A stretch of 64,000 nucleotides of DNA from Octopus vulgaris (taxonomy: Eukaryota), in the NCBI GenBank assembly GCA_951406725.2, contig OX597827.1, positions 78,368,001 to 78,432,000 of the forward strand, written 5' to 3'. Positions within the stretch are counted from its first letter, which is position 1. Each line of letters opens with the position of its first letter. The translations under genes and the position numbers were made by a program. Shown here piece after piece: positions 39,376-52,561 of this stretch. A model generated the notes under the pieces. That model had not been told where the DNA came from and searched no databases. It saw nothing but the letters and a program-made list of their open reading frames with translations.

Positions 39376-40497
39376 CCCTTTCATTACTATATTTCTGACC
39401 AAAATACACCCCTCATGAGTTTCAATTAAATTCTAAAATAATCATGAATCTAGGCTTGTTTCATTAAATAACTGTAACTTTTTTACTTATCAACATGTTA
39501 ATGTGATATTTGGAACATAATTAAAGAAAGGGTTCTTAATCAATTCTATTGCATAACTTTTGTCTCAAAGTGACTTTAATTACAGGTAAATTGAGCAAAA
39601 GGTAAAAATATAAAAATTTTAAATTTAGCAAAAGGTAAAAATATTAAAATTTTGTTTAAACATCACCATAGAAAATGAATTAACAGCTAATATTCAAATG
39701 GGTATGCAACAAAATTTTGATAAAGAAGAATTGTGCACATCACTATATCATCAGTTGAATTTAATGCACAACAGGTGTACCATAAAGGTGGAATAAAGTG
39801 AAATACTGGAATCCACTGCAAGTAACTTGGTTATTGTATGGAAGTGATAAATTCCAGACCACATCGTTCCCTAGGCCATGCTGACTAACATTATTTTCCC
39901 TGTATAAAAACTAAATCCACGCAGTACCCAGTATTTGTCTGTTTACATTCTGCGTAAGTTTGTTTCCGCATTGATCGCTTCAAACAATAACTTCCAGACC
40001 ACATCATACCCTAAGCCATGCTCACTAACATTAGTTTCCCTGTATAAAAACTAAATCCACAACAGTACCCAGTATTTGCTTCACAAATTTTCCAATTCGG
40101 AATCAATGCTTGATAACATGAAACTCCTATCCATTTTCAAAGTTGAAGAAAAATCGATGCCGGAAAAAATGTGGAAAAAAATCTCCCAAAATTCAGGGAA
40201 TTAAAATGACACGTCGATCGTTGTACAAAACTGTAGATGAACTGTTTACGAAGTATAATCACGTGTTTTCACGAATGTACGAAAGAGATTTGCTCTGATA
40301 TTCTCATTTAAATATGAATAGGTAAATACGGGCAGGTTTGGGCGGTTTGGTCACATTAACCAAAATTTTTTTCGGGCGGTTTCGTCACATTAACCAAAAT
40401 TTTTTTCGGGCGGTTTGGTCACATTAACCAAAATTTTTTTCGGGCGGTTTGGTCACATTAACCAAAATTTTTTTCGGGCGGTTTGGTAACGAAAGGG
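39376..40497. mobile_element. Non-autonomous piggyBac-superfamily element
   Basis: TTAA TSDs at 39372-39375 and 40498-40501. TIRs CCCTTTCATTAC / GTAACGAAAGGG (1 mismatch). No ORF. Confidence 0.85.
40340..40486. repeat. 34-bp subterminal tandem repeat, about 4.3 copies
   Basis: GGGCGGTTTGGTCACATTAACCAAAATTTTTTTC starts at 40340, 40374, 40408 and 40442, with a partial unit at 40476. Confidence 0.95.
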
Positions 40498-40753
40498 TTA
40501 ATAGGCCATGAATATTTTATTCTTTATAACAAGCACTTAGGCTCTAACACAGAGGGGACAATACAAGGACAGACACAGCACCACAGTGGGGACAAAAACA
40601 TAAAAGGGATGACATGAAATGTATAAAACTAATAAGGAAATGGCTGCATTGAGCCCCACTCTCAAGCAGTACCATTTTAAATGTTTTTATGTGTTTTTAC
40701 ATACAGTTTTTAATCGTTTTCTTGTTTCCACTCTTTCTCTCTTTTAGCATCAT

Positions 40754-41140
40754 CTAGCACTCTCGCCTGGCGTTGCTCGGGTTTGTTTCGACCCTTTAGA
40801 ATTGGAATTTTTGAAAAGTAAAAATTTTGCATTATGTAGCTTGTTATTCTCTTTAAGTGAACATTTTTCTGGTTGAAATACAGCAGTCAAAAAATCGTAA
40901 AAAATAGGGATTTTCATAGAAAAAAAAAGCACCTTTTTGATGTAAATAACTTTTGGCATTAACATGGTCCGATTTGAATTTTTTTCTTCTACGGAAGGAA
41001 GAGCAAGCCTTCTTCTATCATACTCCCAATTTTGGTCAGCTTGCACCGCAGGGTCTCGGAGGAGATAGTGTTAGTTGAAGGCTACCAAACCTGCCATACA
41101 CAGACAACTTCAGCTTTATATATAGAGAGAGATAGAGAGA
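40754..41140 (-). mobile_element. Non-autonomous Helitron, third copy
   Basis: Colinear with 26904-27297. Confidence 0.8.
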
Positions 41141-41672
41141 TTTATATTCTGTTATTTTAACATTTACTTACTTACTTTTTTTTGAAGTCATTAAAGGTTC
41201 TAATTCTTTGTATTCCACCACTGGTGGCAGTTCATCAAATTCTACTTCTGCACCCAGTGGACCAATTTCGTTTCCAATAGGCCATGAATATTAAATTAAT
41301 GACTTGTTTTATAAGCATAAGACCACAAATTTGGGGCAGGCAAAGGTTATGTGTTCTCTCTCCTGTAATTCAGTGGTGTTTTATCAGCCCTGGAGATGAT
41401 TGAAGACACATGCAATCTCTTGTGAAATTTGAACTCAGAACATAAACAGTTGTAGGTGCAGGCATGGCTGTGTGGTAAGACGCTTGCTTCCCAACCACAT
41501 GGTTTCGGGTTCAGTCCCACTGTATAGCACTTTGGGCAAGTGTCCTCTACTGTAGCCTTGGGCTGACCAAAGCCCTGTGAGTGGAGATGATAGACAGAAA
41601 CTCAAGAGAAGTCCATGATGTTTGTGTGCATGTGTGTGTATATATATATTTATGTGTGTGTATATATATATT

Positions 41673-41723
<51 letters not shown>

Positions 41724-41728
41724 CTGTG

Positions 41729-41782
<54 letters not shown>

Positions 41783-41796
41783 TGTGCATGTGTGTG

Positions 41797-41831
<35 letters not shown>

Positions 41832-41838
41832 CTGTGCA

Positions 41839-41877
<39 letters not shown>

Positions 41878-42561
41878 ACACACACACATATGCATATACA
41901 TACACACATCCTCCTCATTATCATCATTCGATGTCCATATCCCATGCTGGTTTGGGTTGGATGGTTTGACAAGGATTCAATAGGTCAAAGCACTGCAGTG
42001 TAGAAACCCTATCAAAGCAGATCTGCTTTGATAGGGTTTCCACTGCTGGATGCCGTTCCTAACACCAACCTCATTTATAGTATGTACTGGGTGCCTCTTT
42101 TTCGTGTCACCAGCACTCGTCATGATTTAGCTTGCAAGTCAACACACACACACACACAGTATCCTAGCAAGGTCACAACTTTTAAAAACTGATAACAGAA
42201 TAACAAACTCCAGTTTGTGTAAATGACTCTGTCTTTCCCTTCTGTTTGTTGGTTTCTAAGCAATGGCTTCCAGGCTGTGTTTTCTTGTAGTTCACTACAA
42301 ATGCATATCTGCAAGTATTTTGGCATGGTCCCCCTCCCCACTCTCCCGTTCCTTCTAAGGGGCCTCAGAAAATCCGTGCCCCACCCCACCTCTCTTCTGA
42401 TTAAACCAATGAGAAAATAATTTAATAAACATTGCAATCCCCTTCATATAACGAGGCATTAATTATCATTAAACCTTGACACACAAGTCTTCAGAATTGC
42501 TTTCTAAATATGCTTAATTTATTTTATTTTATTTTATTGAGTTGTCAGGTAGTTTGTAAAT

Positions 42562-42941
42562 CTGTGGAGGCGCAATGGCCCAGTGGTTAGGGCAGCGAAC
42601 TCGCGGTCATAGGATTGCGGTTTCGATTCCCAGACCGGGCGTTGTGAGTGTTTATTGAGCGAAAACACAAAAAAGCTCCACGAGGCTCCTGCAGGGGGTG
42701 GTGGTGAACCCTGCTGTACTCTTTCACCACAACTTTCTTCCTGTTTCTGTTGTACCTGTATTTCAAAGGGCCGGCCTTGTCACTCTCTGTGTCATGCTGA
42801 ATATCCCCGAGAACTACGTTAAGGGTACAGGTGTCTGTGGAGTGCTCAGCCACTTGCACGTTAATTTCACGAGCAGGCTGTTCCGTTGATTTGGATCAAC
42901 CGGAACCCTCGTCGTGTTAACCGACGGAGTGCTTCCAACAA
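42562..42941 (+). mobile_element. SINE family D, full length with TSD
   Basis: tRNA-like head (TGGCCCAGTGG ... GGTTTCGATTCCC). 11-bp TSD AGTTTGTAAAT at 42551-42561 and 42942-42952. Confidence 0.88.
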
Positions 42942-43353
42942 AGTTTGTAAATTTCTTTTGTCTTTTTTCTACTTGGCCTACCATTGTCATACGATTGAAA
43001 AGAGGTAAGATTCATTCAAATTTCAAAAAACAAGAAACAAAAACTGTAAAGGAAGAACTACAAAGAAAAAAAAAAAAAACTCTGTTAAAAATATTTTTCA
43101 TGTTAATTCAAAAAAACATAAGAAACGATTAAAATGAATCTCTTTCACTTGCTTCAGTCATTAGACTGTGGCCATGCTGGGGCATCGTCTTGAAGAGATT
43201 TTTTTTAGAACGAATCAACCCCAGAACTTATTTATTTTCTTTTTGCCTGACATTTATTTTATTGGTCTCTTTTTTCCAGACTGCTAAGTTACAGGGAAAT
43301 AAACAAACCCATTTTAGTTGTCAAGCAGTGGTGGGGTACAAACACTGACACAA

Positions 43354-43390
<37 letters not shown>

Positions 43391-43866
43391 CACACACACA
43401 CACACACACACATATGATGAGTTTCTTTTGGTTTCCATCTGCCAAATACACTTGTAAAGGGAACTGGTTGCTTCTTTACACTTTTGGGGTGCAACTTGGG
43501 TGCAACACAACTTCCTTTCTTTTTGTTTCTAGAAACTACCAGTCAGGAACGAAACGCAAGTTAAAAAATATATATAATTCTTTATTCTCTTGGTTCAACA
43601 ATGAAACACGATGGTATACTGGTATCCACCTAGTTCAACGCAGCAAGGCTGAATTCAAACGTTTGTAAGTTTTACAACAATTCAGCAGCAATAGAACAGG
43701 TTAAATCCTAAGCGTCTGGGACAGGAGAATAGGCTGATCACAGGTTTCAAAATATACATCCTTTCTCTTCTATCGCCGTGTCGCAAGTCCCCGACGCAAT
43801 TAAGGAACGCTATAGAATTTATTCTTCAGTCTCTAGCGCATGTGCATGATGGAACTTCCTTATGCC

Positions 43867-43980
43867 TTTCCAGAAGGTTCCAGAAGGCTCCAACCCCGCA
43901 CACGCACACTGAAGAAGGACGTTCCGCACACGCACACTGAAGAATGACGTTGCATGTGCGCACACTGGAATATGACGTCA
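43867..43980. promoter_or_regulatory. Motif cluster: 4-unit heat-shock element, MRE core, CRE palindrome
   Basis: TTCcaGAAggTTCcaGAA at 43868-43885; TGCGCAC at 43957-43963; TGACGTCA at 43973-43980. These are motif matches only. Confidence 0.35.
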
Positions 43981-44184
43981 CTACACACTCACAAGGTTTT
44001 GGTTAGCATGAGGCTGTAGTAGAAGATACTTTACCAAACCACTGTGCCATTAGACTGAACCTGGAACAATGTAACTGGGAAGCAAACTTTTGGGAAAAAA
44101 ACCAAAAACAAATGGATTTGTCCAATAACTCAATATTTCTCTTTGTTTTATTTTGATTTTTATTTATTTTCCTTTCACAGAATC

Positions 44185-44371
44185 ATGCTCCGAAAGTTTG
44201 TCCAACAGGCCAGCACCCAGCTCTACCGAGCTGCCCACACCCAGCCTGCTGTATCAGCTACAATTACCAAAAATGTAATTGGTGAGAAATCCCAAATTTA
44301 TTTTGAGAAAGAGAGTAAATATGGTGCACACAACTACCACCCAATCCCTGTGGCTATCTGCAGGGGTGAAG
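44185..44371 (+). CDS. OAT: Ornithine aminotransferase, coding exon 1 (mitochondrial presequence)
   Basis: Acceptor CAG| at 44180. Translates MLRKFVQQASTQLYRAAH...ESKYGAHNYHPIPVAICRGE-G. Donor G|GTACGT, phase 1. GAHNYHP is the OAT N-terminal motif, and the N-terminus is basic and free of acidic residues. Confidence 0.95.
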
Positions 44372-45384
44372 GTACGTATCTGGAGATTTGCATTACTTCA
44401 ACTTATTTACCTATTCTCACCCCTATCCCATCCTTTGGGCCCTTTCTCTTGTATTCCCCTCCCTGAAACTTAAGGCTGTACCCTCACACATTTTCACAAC
44501 CTTCTCCCCTCTTTTCTCCCGTCTGGAGTAACCTATTTCTTTATTACCCACAAGGGGCTAAACATAGAGGGGACAAACAAGGACAGACATAGGTATTAAG
44601 TCGATTACATCGACCCCGGTGCGGAACTGGTACTTAATTTATCGACCCCAAAAGGATGAAAGGCAAAGTCAACCTCGGCGGAATTTGAACTCACAATGTA
44701 ACGACAGACGAAATACCGCTAAGTATTTCGCCCAGCGTGCTAACATTTCTGCCAGCTCGCCGCCTTCAAAACTGGGGTAACCATGTATGCCCCTGCAGCA
44801 AAACACTTGTACCTGTCCCTCTATCATGCTTGAACCTCCCATCGCTTGACACAAAGCCACCTCCCTCAGTACCCTTCTTCTCATATGAGGGCTGGTGGGG
44901 TGTCTTGTCTTGTTAGATACCTGGTAACTTCACTGATGCTGGTGCCACAGGAAAATACACCCAGTCCACTCTGTAAAGTGGTTGGTTTTAGGAAGGGCAC
45001 CCAACCAGTGTAACCATGACACAGCAGACATTGGAGCATGACCCAATCCTCTGGCTTGCCAGTGTTTGTTGAACTCTCCAAATTATGTCAGCCTGGGAAA
45101 TGGACGTTAAATGATGATGATGATGATGTTCTTACTGGTCCCTTCTTTTCCCAATCTATCACCCTCTATGATTAGCTGTTGTTTGACCCAAGTTAGCTCT
45201 GATTTCACAGATCTATGATCAAAGACGTTCCAACTGTGACCATCTCATATCTTCCTTTATTCAGACTGTATTTACGATAACATAATTCAAAATTATCATT
45301 CCTCTCCTTCCCCCCTCTCTTTCTCTCTGTTTGTTTGTCTGTCTGTCTGTCTCTCCCTCTCCCCCTCTCTCTCATTCCTTCTCT

Positions 45385-45830
45385 GGCATTTATACATACT
45401 AACATTACACATCCACCAGAGCATGCTTGCTTCATTTCTTTCCATCCTTTGCAAGTCTTCTGCATTCATAGCCCATGTATCACAATTATACAACATCATA
45501 GTCTTAACACAGGCATCATACAATATATCCTTCACTCTGAGGGGAAATAAAACAAATACTTTATTGCCAGCAGTGATAGAATCTCCCTGATCTTTTTCTA
45601 ATCTATTTTTACCTTTGCTACTTATGCTTTAAGAGCAAGAAACCACCCCTCCTGCTAATTATTTCTCCTAAATAACAGAAACCATTGACTACCTACGAGT
45701 GAGTCAAACAGGCATTTAGGAGAATCTGTTTGTCTATGTAGTGTTCATCACAGATGCCATACACATTGTTTTTGTGAATCTGTCACATTCAGACCTATCT
45801 TCTGCTAGTGTGATTGCAGTTCCACTACAT
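45385..45830 (-). mobile_element. RTE-clade LINE ORF2 C-terminal fragment
   Basis: LYDACVKTMMLYNCDTWAMNAEDLQRMERNEASMLWWMCNVS resembles the RTE motif LY..cV...mLyGsETW......rLe..E..mLR.m. Confidence 0.7.
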
Positions 45831-45844
45831 CTCTTATGCTCTTA

Positions 45845-46237
45845 TACTCTTATACTTGTTTCAGTCAGTTGACTGCGGCCATGCTGGAGCACCGCCTTTA
45901 GTCGAGCAACTCGACCCCGGGACTTATTCTTTGTAAGCCCAGTACTCATTCTATCGGTCTTTTTTTGCCGAACCACTAAGTGACGGGGACATAAACACAC
46001 CAGCATCGGTTGTCAAGCAATGCTAGGGGGACAAACACAGACACACAAACATATATATATTTATACATATATACGACGGGCTTCTTTCAGTTTCCGTCTA
46101 CCAAATCCACTCACAAGGCTTTGGTCGGCCCAAGGCTATAGTAGAAGACACTTGCCCAAAGTGCCACGCAGTGGGACTGAACCCGGAACCATGTGGTTGG
46201 TTAGCAAGCTACTTACCACACAGCCACTCCTGCGCCT
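45845..46237 (-). mobile_element. SINE family A, full length, antisense in an OAT intron
   Basis: Reverse complement of 60770-61137. Confidence 0.88.
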
Positions 46238-46263
46238 CCGATTGTCTATAATTTACACTGGGT

Positions 46264-46293
<30 letters not shown>

Positions 46294-46301
<8 letters not shown>

Positions 46302-46463
46302 TGCTGATAAGTTCCTGGCTTTTGATAAAAGAGAATACAGGAGGATCAGTTATGATTTTATTCAACATAATCCCTTCTCAGATTCACAGAATTATTGCAA
46401 CAATCCTTCAGTTTTTCTAAGTCCTGTAAAAGAACTCAGAAGGCCGGGCTTCACACCCCCTCA
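46294..46463 (-). mobile_element. Mariner-derived MITE
   Basis: Termini CGAGGGGGTGCTGA / TCACACCCCCTCA|TA. The minus strand retains the transposase C-terminal ...DYVE-stop. Confidence 0.6.
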
Positions 46464-47028
46464 TACATACACACACTGTGAAGGTGCATGGCTAGTAGTT
46501 AGGACATTGGGCTGACAAATGTGGGTTCAATTCCTGGGCCTGGCTGTGTGTTGTGTTCTTGAGCAACACACTTTATTTCCAGGTGCAATCCCATGGTCAT
46601 TTGTAACCAAAGGGGATTTTCACCCATTATGTAATATTATCAATAATATTTATATGCCAACTTATTCTTTTTGTATGTACCTGTGGTGTGTGTCACACTT
46701 ACTTCAAAGAAGAAGTGAGTGGCAAATCGGAGGTGTTTATGTTTTTATTCTTGGAGTTCTAGAAAGATCGAGTGTTAGTTCTCTCTTCTTTCCCCCACCC
46801 CGGTACTTATTTACCTTCTTTCATAGTTCTTCATGTCTTTTAGTTGGGGGAGAAAGACCATGTTTATTTTTTTCAGGCACATTTAACGTTTTCTCTACAA
46901 ACTACAAACAAGCCCCCCCCCTAATTTCCTTTCCTTTTTTTTTCATACAAAAACTAATGCAAATTTCAAATGGGGTTTAGCTGTGAAAAGAACAAAGTAT
47001 TAAAATTCACTGTTCCCTTCAGTAAACA

Positions 47029-47106
<78 letters not shown>

Positions 47107-47529
47107 GTCCCTGTCTCTCGTTTTTTTTCTCTTTCTTTCTCACATTCCTTGTTTCCCTGTCTCTTCATGTCTTCTCCCCTTCCCTGATATCAACCACCCT
47201 CATTATGCCACCACATTTCCCTCAACCTAACACTCTTTGCACCCTTCTCATTTTATCATATAATAGCCCAAACCTTGTAGGGGGCCCATTATCAATTTTT
47301 ATTGAAATCCAATTAACCAATAATTGAACTGGACGTTAGTTTAATATGAATGCAAAGTTTTGTTGAAGATTGGTTTGCTAGTATAGCAAACAGACAGAAA
47401 TTGCTATTTATATATAAGATAACAGTTTGAGTATGAAAAATACAAAATATGTATTCATGCAAAACGAGAGAAAGCAAAAAGGGGAGACTTTCAGACGATA
47501 ACTATTTATAAATATCAGGTCATTAAGTA

Positions 47530-47955
47530 TGATTTTCAGCTGGATGTTTATTTTACTTTATCTCAACAAAAAGCAATCCAGTTAAAGTATGCACCTAAAT
47601 TATTAACACAATTTTGCCATTATATCAGTAGCTTATTTATGCCAGCAGCAAAGAATTCTGGAGAGCAAGAGGTGATGAAATCATGAAAGGCTGTTTTGGC
47701 ATCTTCTTCAGATTTTAAGTTTTTTCCTTACAAAAAGTTGTCTAATGCCTGGAAAACATGATAGTCACTTAGTGCAAGGTCAAGTGAATATGGTGGATGA
47801 CAGAGTACTTCCAAGTTCAGTTCCTGTAACTTGAGTAACGTTCTTTGTGCAACACGTGGTCAAGCATTGTCTTGCAAGAGAATTGGCCTGTCTCTATTGA
47901 CCAATCTCGGCTGTTTAATTGCAAGTTCACTCATCATTTCATCCAATTGGTTGAT
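47530..47955 (-). mobile_element. Mariner transposase pseudogene fragment (catalytic C-terminal half)
   Basis: Minus strand reads NQLDEM...RLVNRDRPILLQDNA*PRVAQRTLLKLQELNLEVLCHPPYSLDLALSDYHVFQALDN, matching the mariner HDNA and HPPYSPDLAPxD motifs, with a stop. Confidence 0.85.
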
Positions 47956-50160
47956 GTTTCTCATGACGCTGTAATTTACTTACCAGGTCTCATGAAGCTA
48001 TTAAAAAATTTGGAATCTGAGCATGCTGCAAGGAAGAGGTGTTATGTCAACCTATGGAAAACGGACCCATAGCTTTCGTTTCTCCCCCTCTCTCGTAAAA
48101 GGGTGACTTTTAATGACCTTGTTGCTACATTTAGTGGAATTACTGTTTGATTTCTCCAAGTGGGGTTAAGGTGAAACAATCACAGGGAGAGGAAATAGCT
48201 TTGACATTTGGACTGACTTCTCCTCTGCTTTCACCAGCGGGAGAGAGAAGGGGTTAATGGGTGATGACTTGGTGTGTGTGTGTGTGTGTGTGTGTGTCTG
48301 GGGAGAGGGGACAGGTTGATTGGGAAATTACATCTTGTTATGAATGTCATTGCTGTCACATTAATATGTTACATAAGAAGATAGGGTGTGGTGTGTGGGA
48401 GGGGGAGAAGAAAGGGTGGGTTGGTTGGTTGGTGGTGGTGGTGGATTTTGAAGAGGGGAGGAAGGAGATGGAAAGTAAGGATGTTGAGGAGGAGAGTGGT
48501 GGGAGATCAGAAGGACAAAGGAAACATTGACCAGAAAATCTGAGAAGAGAGAGAAGAAAGGGGGAGAGGGATGAGGAGGAACCGAGAGAAAGATGGAGAG
48601 GTGTGAAGGTGATTGATGGAGGAGGAGGTGGAGGTCAAATAGGTTGAGTGGCAGATGGTAGATGGAGATAGAAAGGAATAAAGAGGGGGGTAAGGGGGAG
48701 AGATGGATGGTGATTAATCTTGCTTCTTGAGGAGTGCTCTTGCTTAGTTCTGGATTAAATCCTGTTTCAACAGATTTATGATGGAAAAACAATCCAATCC
48801 TGTCATACCCATCCCACCTAATGTCTCCTTTAACTATTTAAGACAGTCAGTTGATGCTTTTGAGGGATATATGGTTACTTTTTCTAGTTGGATGAACAAC
48901 TGTCTTGAGGTTCACTTGTTAGCTTAATTAGGGAGCTTCTGTATGGCCAATTCATCTGCTAGAAATAGCAGCCAAATTTCCCTCATTATTCTTGGTAGTT
49001 GTGTTAATGTCATTATTGTTGTCTAATCATAGGTCAGTCCTAATTTAGTAGAAGTATGATCAAAGGCATTCCTGCCATGACCATCCCATCCTTTATTCCC
49101 ATTCACTTACAACTGCATTGCCCTATGTGTCCTTTCTTATTTGAGATAGTGGTAGTGAGTTTTGAAGGAGAATTGGCTGCTAGTTCTAACAAATCAAATG
49201 ACCTCATCGAGGCTTCCTCATTGGCTTGCAATGGTGGTGGTGGTGGCAGAGGGTGTTGTTGTTGTTGTTCTTGTTATTGTAACAGTTCCAAGTACACACT
49301 TATTTGCCTTGTTTTGATGTTAGTTGAGAGGAACTTTGCCAAGATGACCTACAAATCTTTCTCATTGCTTCTCCACCATCTCTGATCTCTGTTACATAAC
49401 AGGTAATTACTTGACAGCAGTCTGATGTCATCAACATTCCCCCTTCACCCCACCCTAAAGGTCATATATCCTTGACCTTTCTCCCCCCCTCCATGATGTA
49501 AGTGTTTGAATTCCCCTGTTTTTGCCCCCCAAATAAAAAACCCTCCCTTTTTACCCCAATCAGGAAATTATATTTTGTTTTGGTTTAGGTTTTGTTATTT
49601 TTAACCCAATAATAATGGATTTGGTCGTAGAATGGTAGCAAAGTCTTGGAAAAGTGGTCAAAAGAAATCATCATCGTTTAACGTCCGCTTTCCATGCTAG
49701 CATGGGTTGGACGGTTCAACTGGGGTCTGTGAAGCCAGGAGGCTACACCAGGCCCAGTCTGATCTGGCAGTGTTTCTACAGCTGGATGCCCTTCCTAACA
49801 CCAACCACTCTGTGAGTGTAGTGGGTGCTTTTTACATGCCACCAGCACGGAGGCCAGTCAAGGCAGTGCTGGCAACATATTGAAGTTGAATTTTTGGAAG
49901 ACACTGAGTGATCTCTTAGGTTATTGATCTTTGAAAATTAGTGGAAAATCATTGGATTTTGAAAATGATCAGGATCGGGGTTTTGAAGATGGATTTGTAA
50001 AACTGGAAACCACACGACCTGGTCGCAGTAATAAGGATTTCTTATCTTGGCTAGAAAGGGCACAACTACAGGGATCATCATCACCATCATCATGGTCATG
50101 TGCTTATATTCTTGCCAGGTCCTCTCTAACCCCATTATTCCATGACAATAGAGTGGAAGT

Positions 50161-50293
50161 CACTGGTTCTCAACCAGGGAACTCTTGACCCTTGGGTGTC
50201 CATATAAGATTTTACTGTTAAAACTTTAAACATTGACTGGCTAAGGGGGTCCAGTAGAGTAAAACAGGAATTTAAGGAGGTTGAGGACCACTG
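50161..50293. mobile_element. hAT/Charlie-like MITE, degraded
   Basis: Imperfect TIRs CACTGGTTCTCAACC / GGTTGAGGACCACTG. No TSD is retained. Confidence 0.5.
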
Positions 50294-50844
50294 CGCTAAG
50301 CGGTCTGCCATAGTGCAGTCGATTCTGACAAAAAAGAGGAATTGGCCCCAGTATTTCACTGGTATTGTATGTTATGGTACAGTTTGAACATGTTGCTTTT
50401 CATCTATTCTCAAGTGAGTTGCTGTAGCTTCATGTGATGACCACAGGAGAGGTGGGCAAGGAAAGACTCAATCGAGTTGTTCTTCTGCACTTGTTTCTGG
50501 TGTTGTATGTCCCAGGACAGTGTTTGGGGGTTAATGAAGGTTGATCTCCATAAGGTCTGTCTCGGCCGATTGGATGGTGTTGAAGTAGTGGTCTAGAATC
50601 ACTTGGATTGAAGGACCAACATACTCAAGCTTCTGACTGAAGGGCCAACATATCCTGGCCACCGGCTATAAGGCAATGGTAAGGGCAGGTGATTTATCTC
50701 CCTGCTGGGGATGCAAGCAAGAGTGCTTATATACACTGAAAACCAATATAAGAGATTCTCTCGTGGTAACTATTGCAGTATGCTGTGTTCTAACTCAACA
50801 TCCACTTTGAAGCAGGGGACAAAGAAATGTTACCTTTTGGTATT

Positions 50845-50960
50845 AATATAATAATAATAATAATGAAATTATTGTATACAGTGCTCAGGTGCACCACAAC
50901 TTGTCAAAAGTGCATATAAAGCATATGCAGTAATGTACAAATGCCTGGAAAATGAACATA
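50845..50960 (-). mobile_element. 3' end of a CR1-like LINE
   Basis: Reverse complement of the tail of 63385-63835 (GTTGTGGTGCACCTG.GCACTGTATACAATAA followed by (ATT)n). Confidence 0.7.
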
Positions 50961-51032
50961 TTGCTTATGTTGTTGTTAATTATTTTTTGAGTATAATAAT
51001 GTTTCCCTGTTTCTCTTTTACTTTGTTGACAG

Positions 51033-51257
51033 GTATATATGTGTGGGACGTAGAAGGTAACAAATACTTTGACTTCCTGAGTGCATACAGTGCTGTGAAC
51101 CAGGGCCACTGTCACCCCAAAATCATCAATGCCCTCAAACAGCAAGCAGATATTCTGACTCTCACGTCTCGCGCCTTCTACAATAATGTCCTTGGAAATT
51201 ATGAAGAATACATGACAAAACTGTTTAACTACGACAAGGTGCTACCTATGAACACAG
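51033..51257 (+). CDS. OAT: Ornithine aminotransferase, coding exon 2
   Basis: TTGACAG| ... G|GTAAGT; 225 nt, phase 1-1. Translates [30 protein letters not shown]...[10 protein letters not shown]...DKVLPMNT. Confidence 0.97.
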
Positions 51258-51719
51258 GTAAGTCATTCATCCACTATTTTAGTTTCTCTACAGGTGTAGT
51301 AGCCAGGTGTGATTGTTTGACAAAGATCCCCAGCCATGTTGTTTAAGGTTCAACCCCACTGCGTGGCACCTTGGGCAAGTGTCTTCTATTGTTGTAGCCT
51401 TGGGCTGACCAAAGCCTTGTGAGTGGATTTGGTAGATGGAAACTGAAAGAAGCCCATCTCTGTGTATACATGTGCACGTTTGTGTCTGTATATTTGCATT
51501 TGTCATTATCATCATCATTTAACATCATGCTGGCATGGGATGGAGAGCTTCATAGGAGCTGGGGAACTAAAGGGCTGCACCAGGTTTCAGTTGTCTGTTT
51601 TGGCTTGGCTTCTGTGCCTGGATGCCCTTCCTAACACCAAGCACTTCACAGAGTGGACTGGGTGCTTTTTATATGGCACCAGCATGCATGTACATACATA
51701 TACTCACATACATACATTT

Positions 51720-52300
51720 ACACTCATCTCAGAAACCTCCATTATCTTTCTAGACATCACCCCTGTCTCTCTGTCGACCACCTCATGCACATCCTCAACA
51801 TCAGCATCTCCATCTGACACTTCTTTCCACCTTCCATGAATGAATCTTCTCTGCAAAAAAACACTTGTTGCTATTCTTCTGTCATACTTTATCTTCTCAT
51901 CACTTGGCAAAAAGCCACCTCCATCAATGCTACTCCCCCCACCTCTCAGTCATGGGGTCTTTTCTTGCAGGTTAACTGGTGACCTCATCATTTCTGGTGC
52001 ACCCAGTTCACTCTGTAAAGTGGTTGGCATTAGGAAGGCCATCCTGCTATAGAAAACCATACCAAAGCAGATACTGGCGCTCAGTGCAGCCCTCGTGTCA
52101 AACCACACGTCCCATGCCATCCCATACTCTCAATTCCTCCATTTCTGCCATTTGGGCTCTCACAATTACGATATGAGACACAGTCACAAAGCATGATTTG
52201 CGTCTTCATTCAACATGGATATCCTCCACCCAACTCTCAACCCTAGGCCATGCTACCCTCATTCATGTCCACCATGTTGACTGTACTTCTGCCCTCTCCC
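51720..52300 (+). mobile_element. Highly degraded Penelope-like element remnants (interrupted by a family C copy)
   Basis: ISETSIIFLDIT resembles the PLE reverse-transcriptase S..sv.FLD motif. Flanking sequence is pyrimidine-rich. The similarity is weak. Confidence 0.3.
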
Positions 52301-52561
52301 CCCACACCCATCTCACTCCCAATTGTTTCCCCTTATTTTCCATTCGCCCTAACACTTCCGTTATAACATTCCTTCTGACTTACTGGCTATAAATCCTTTC
52401 CTGGATTCTCCCTTTGTTCCCAGCTCCTTTACAATATGTTTCCATGCCTCACCAACACCTCATCCGTTACAGGACCCAAGTACCACATCTTCTATATTTC
52501 TGACCCTTTCACCTGCATCTCCACTCATATCTTCTCTTACCTTGTATATATACGTCAAACC

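Noticed and set aside
40340-40486. CRISPR-like regular 34-bp repeats
   Set aside because: The units are directly adjacent with no unique spacers, lie inside a piggyBac-type element, and there are no cas genes in this eukaryotic context.
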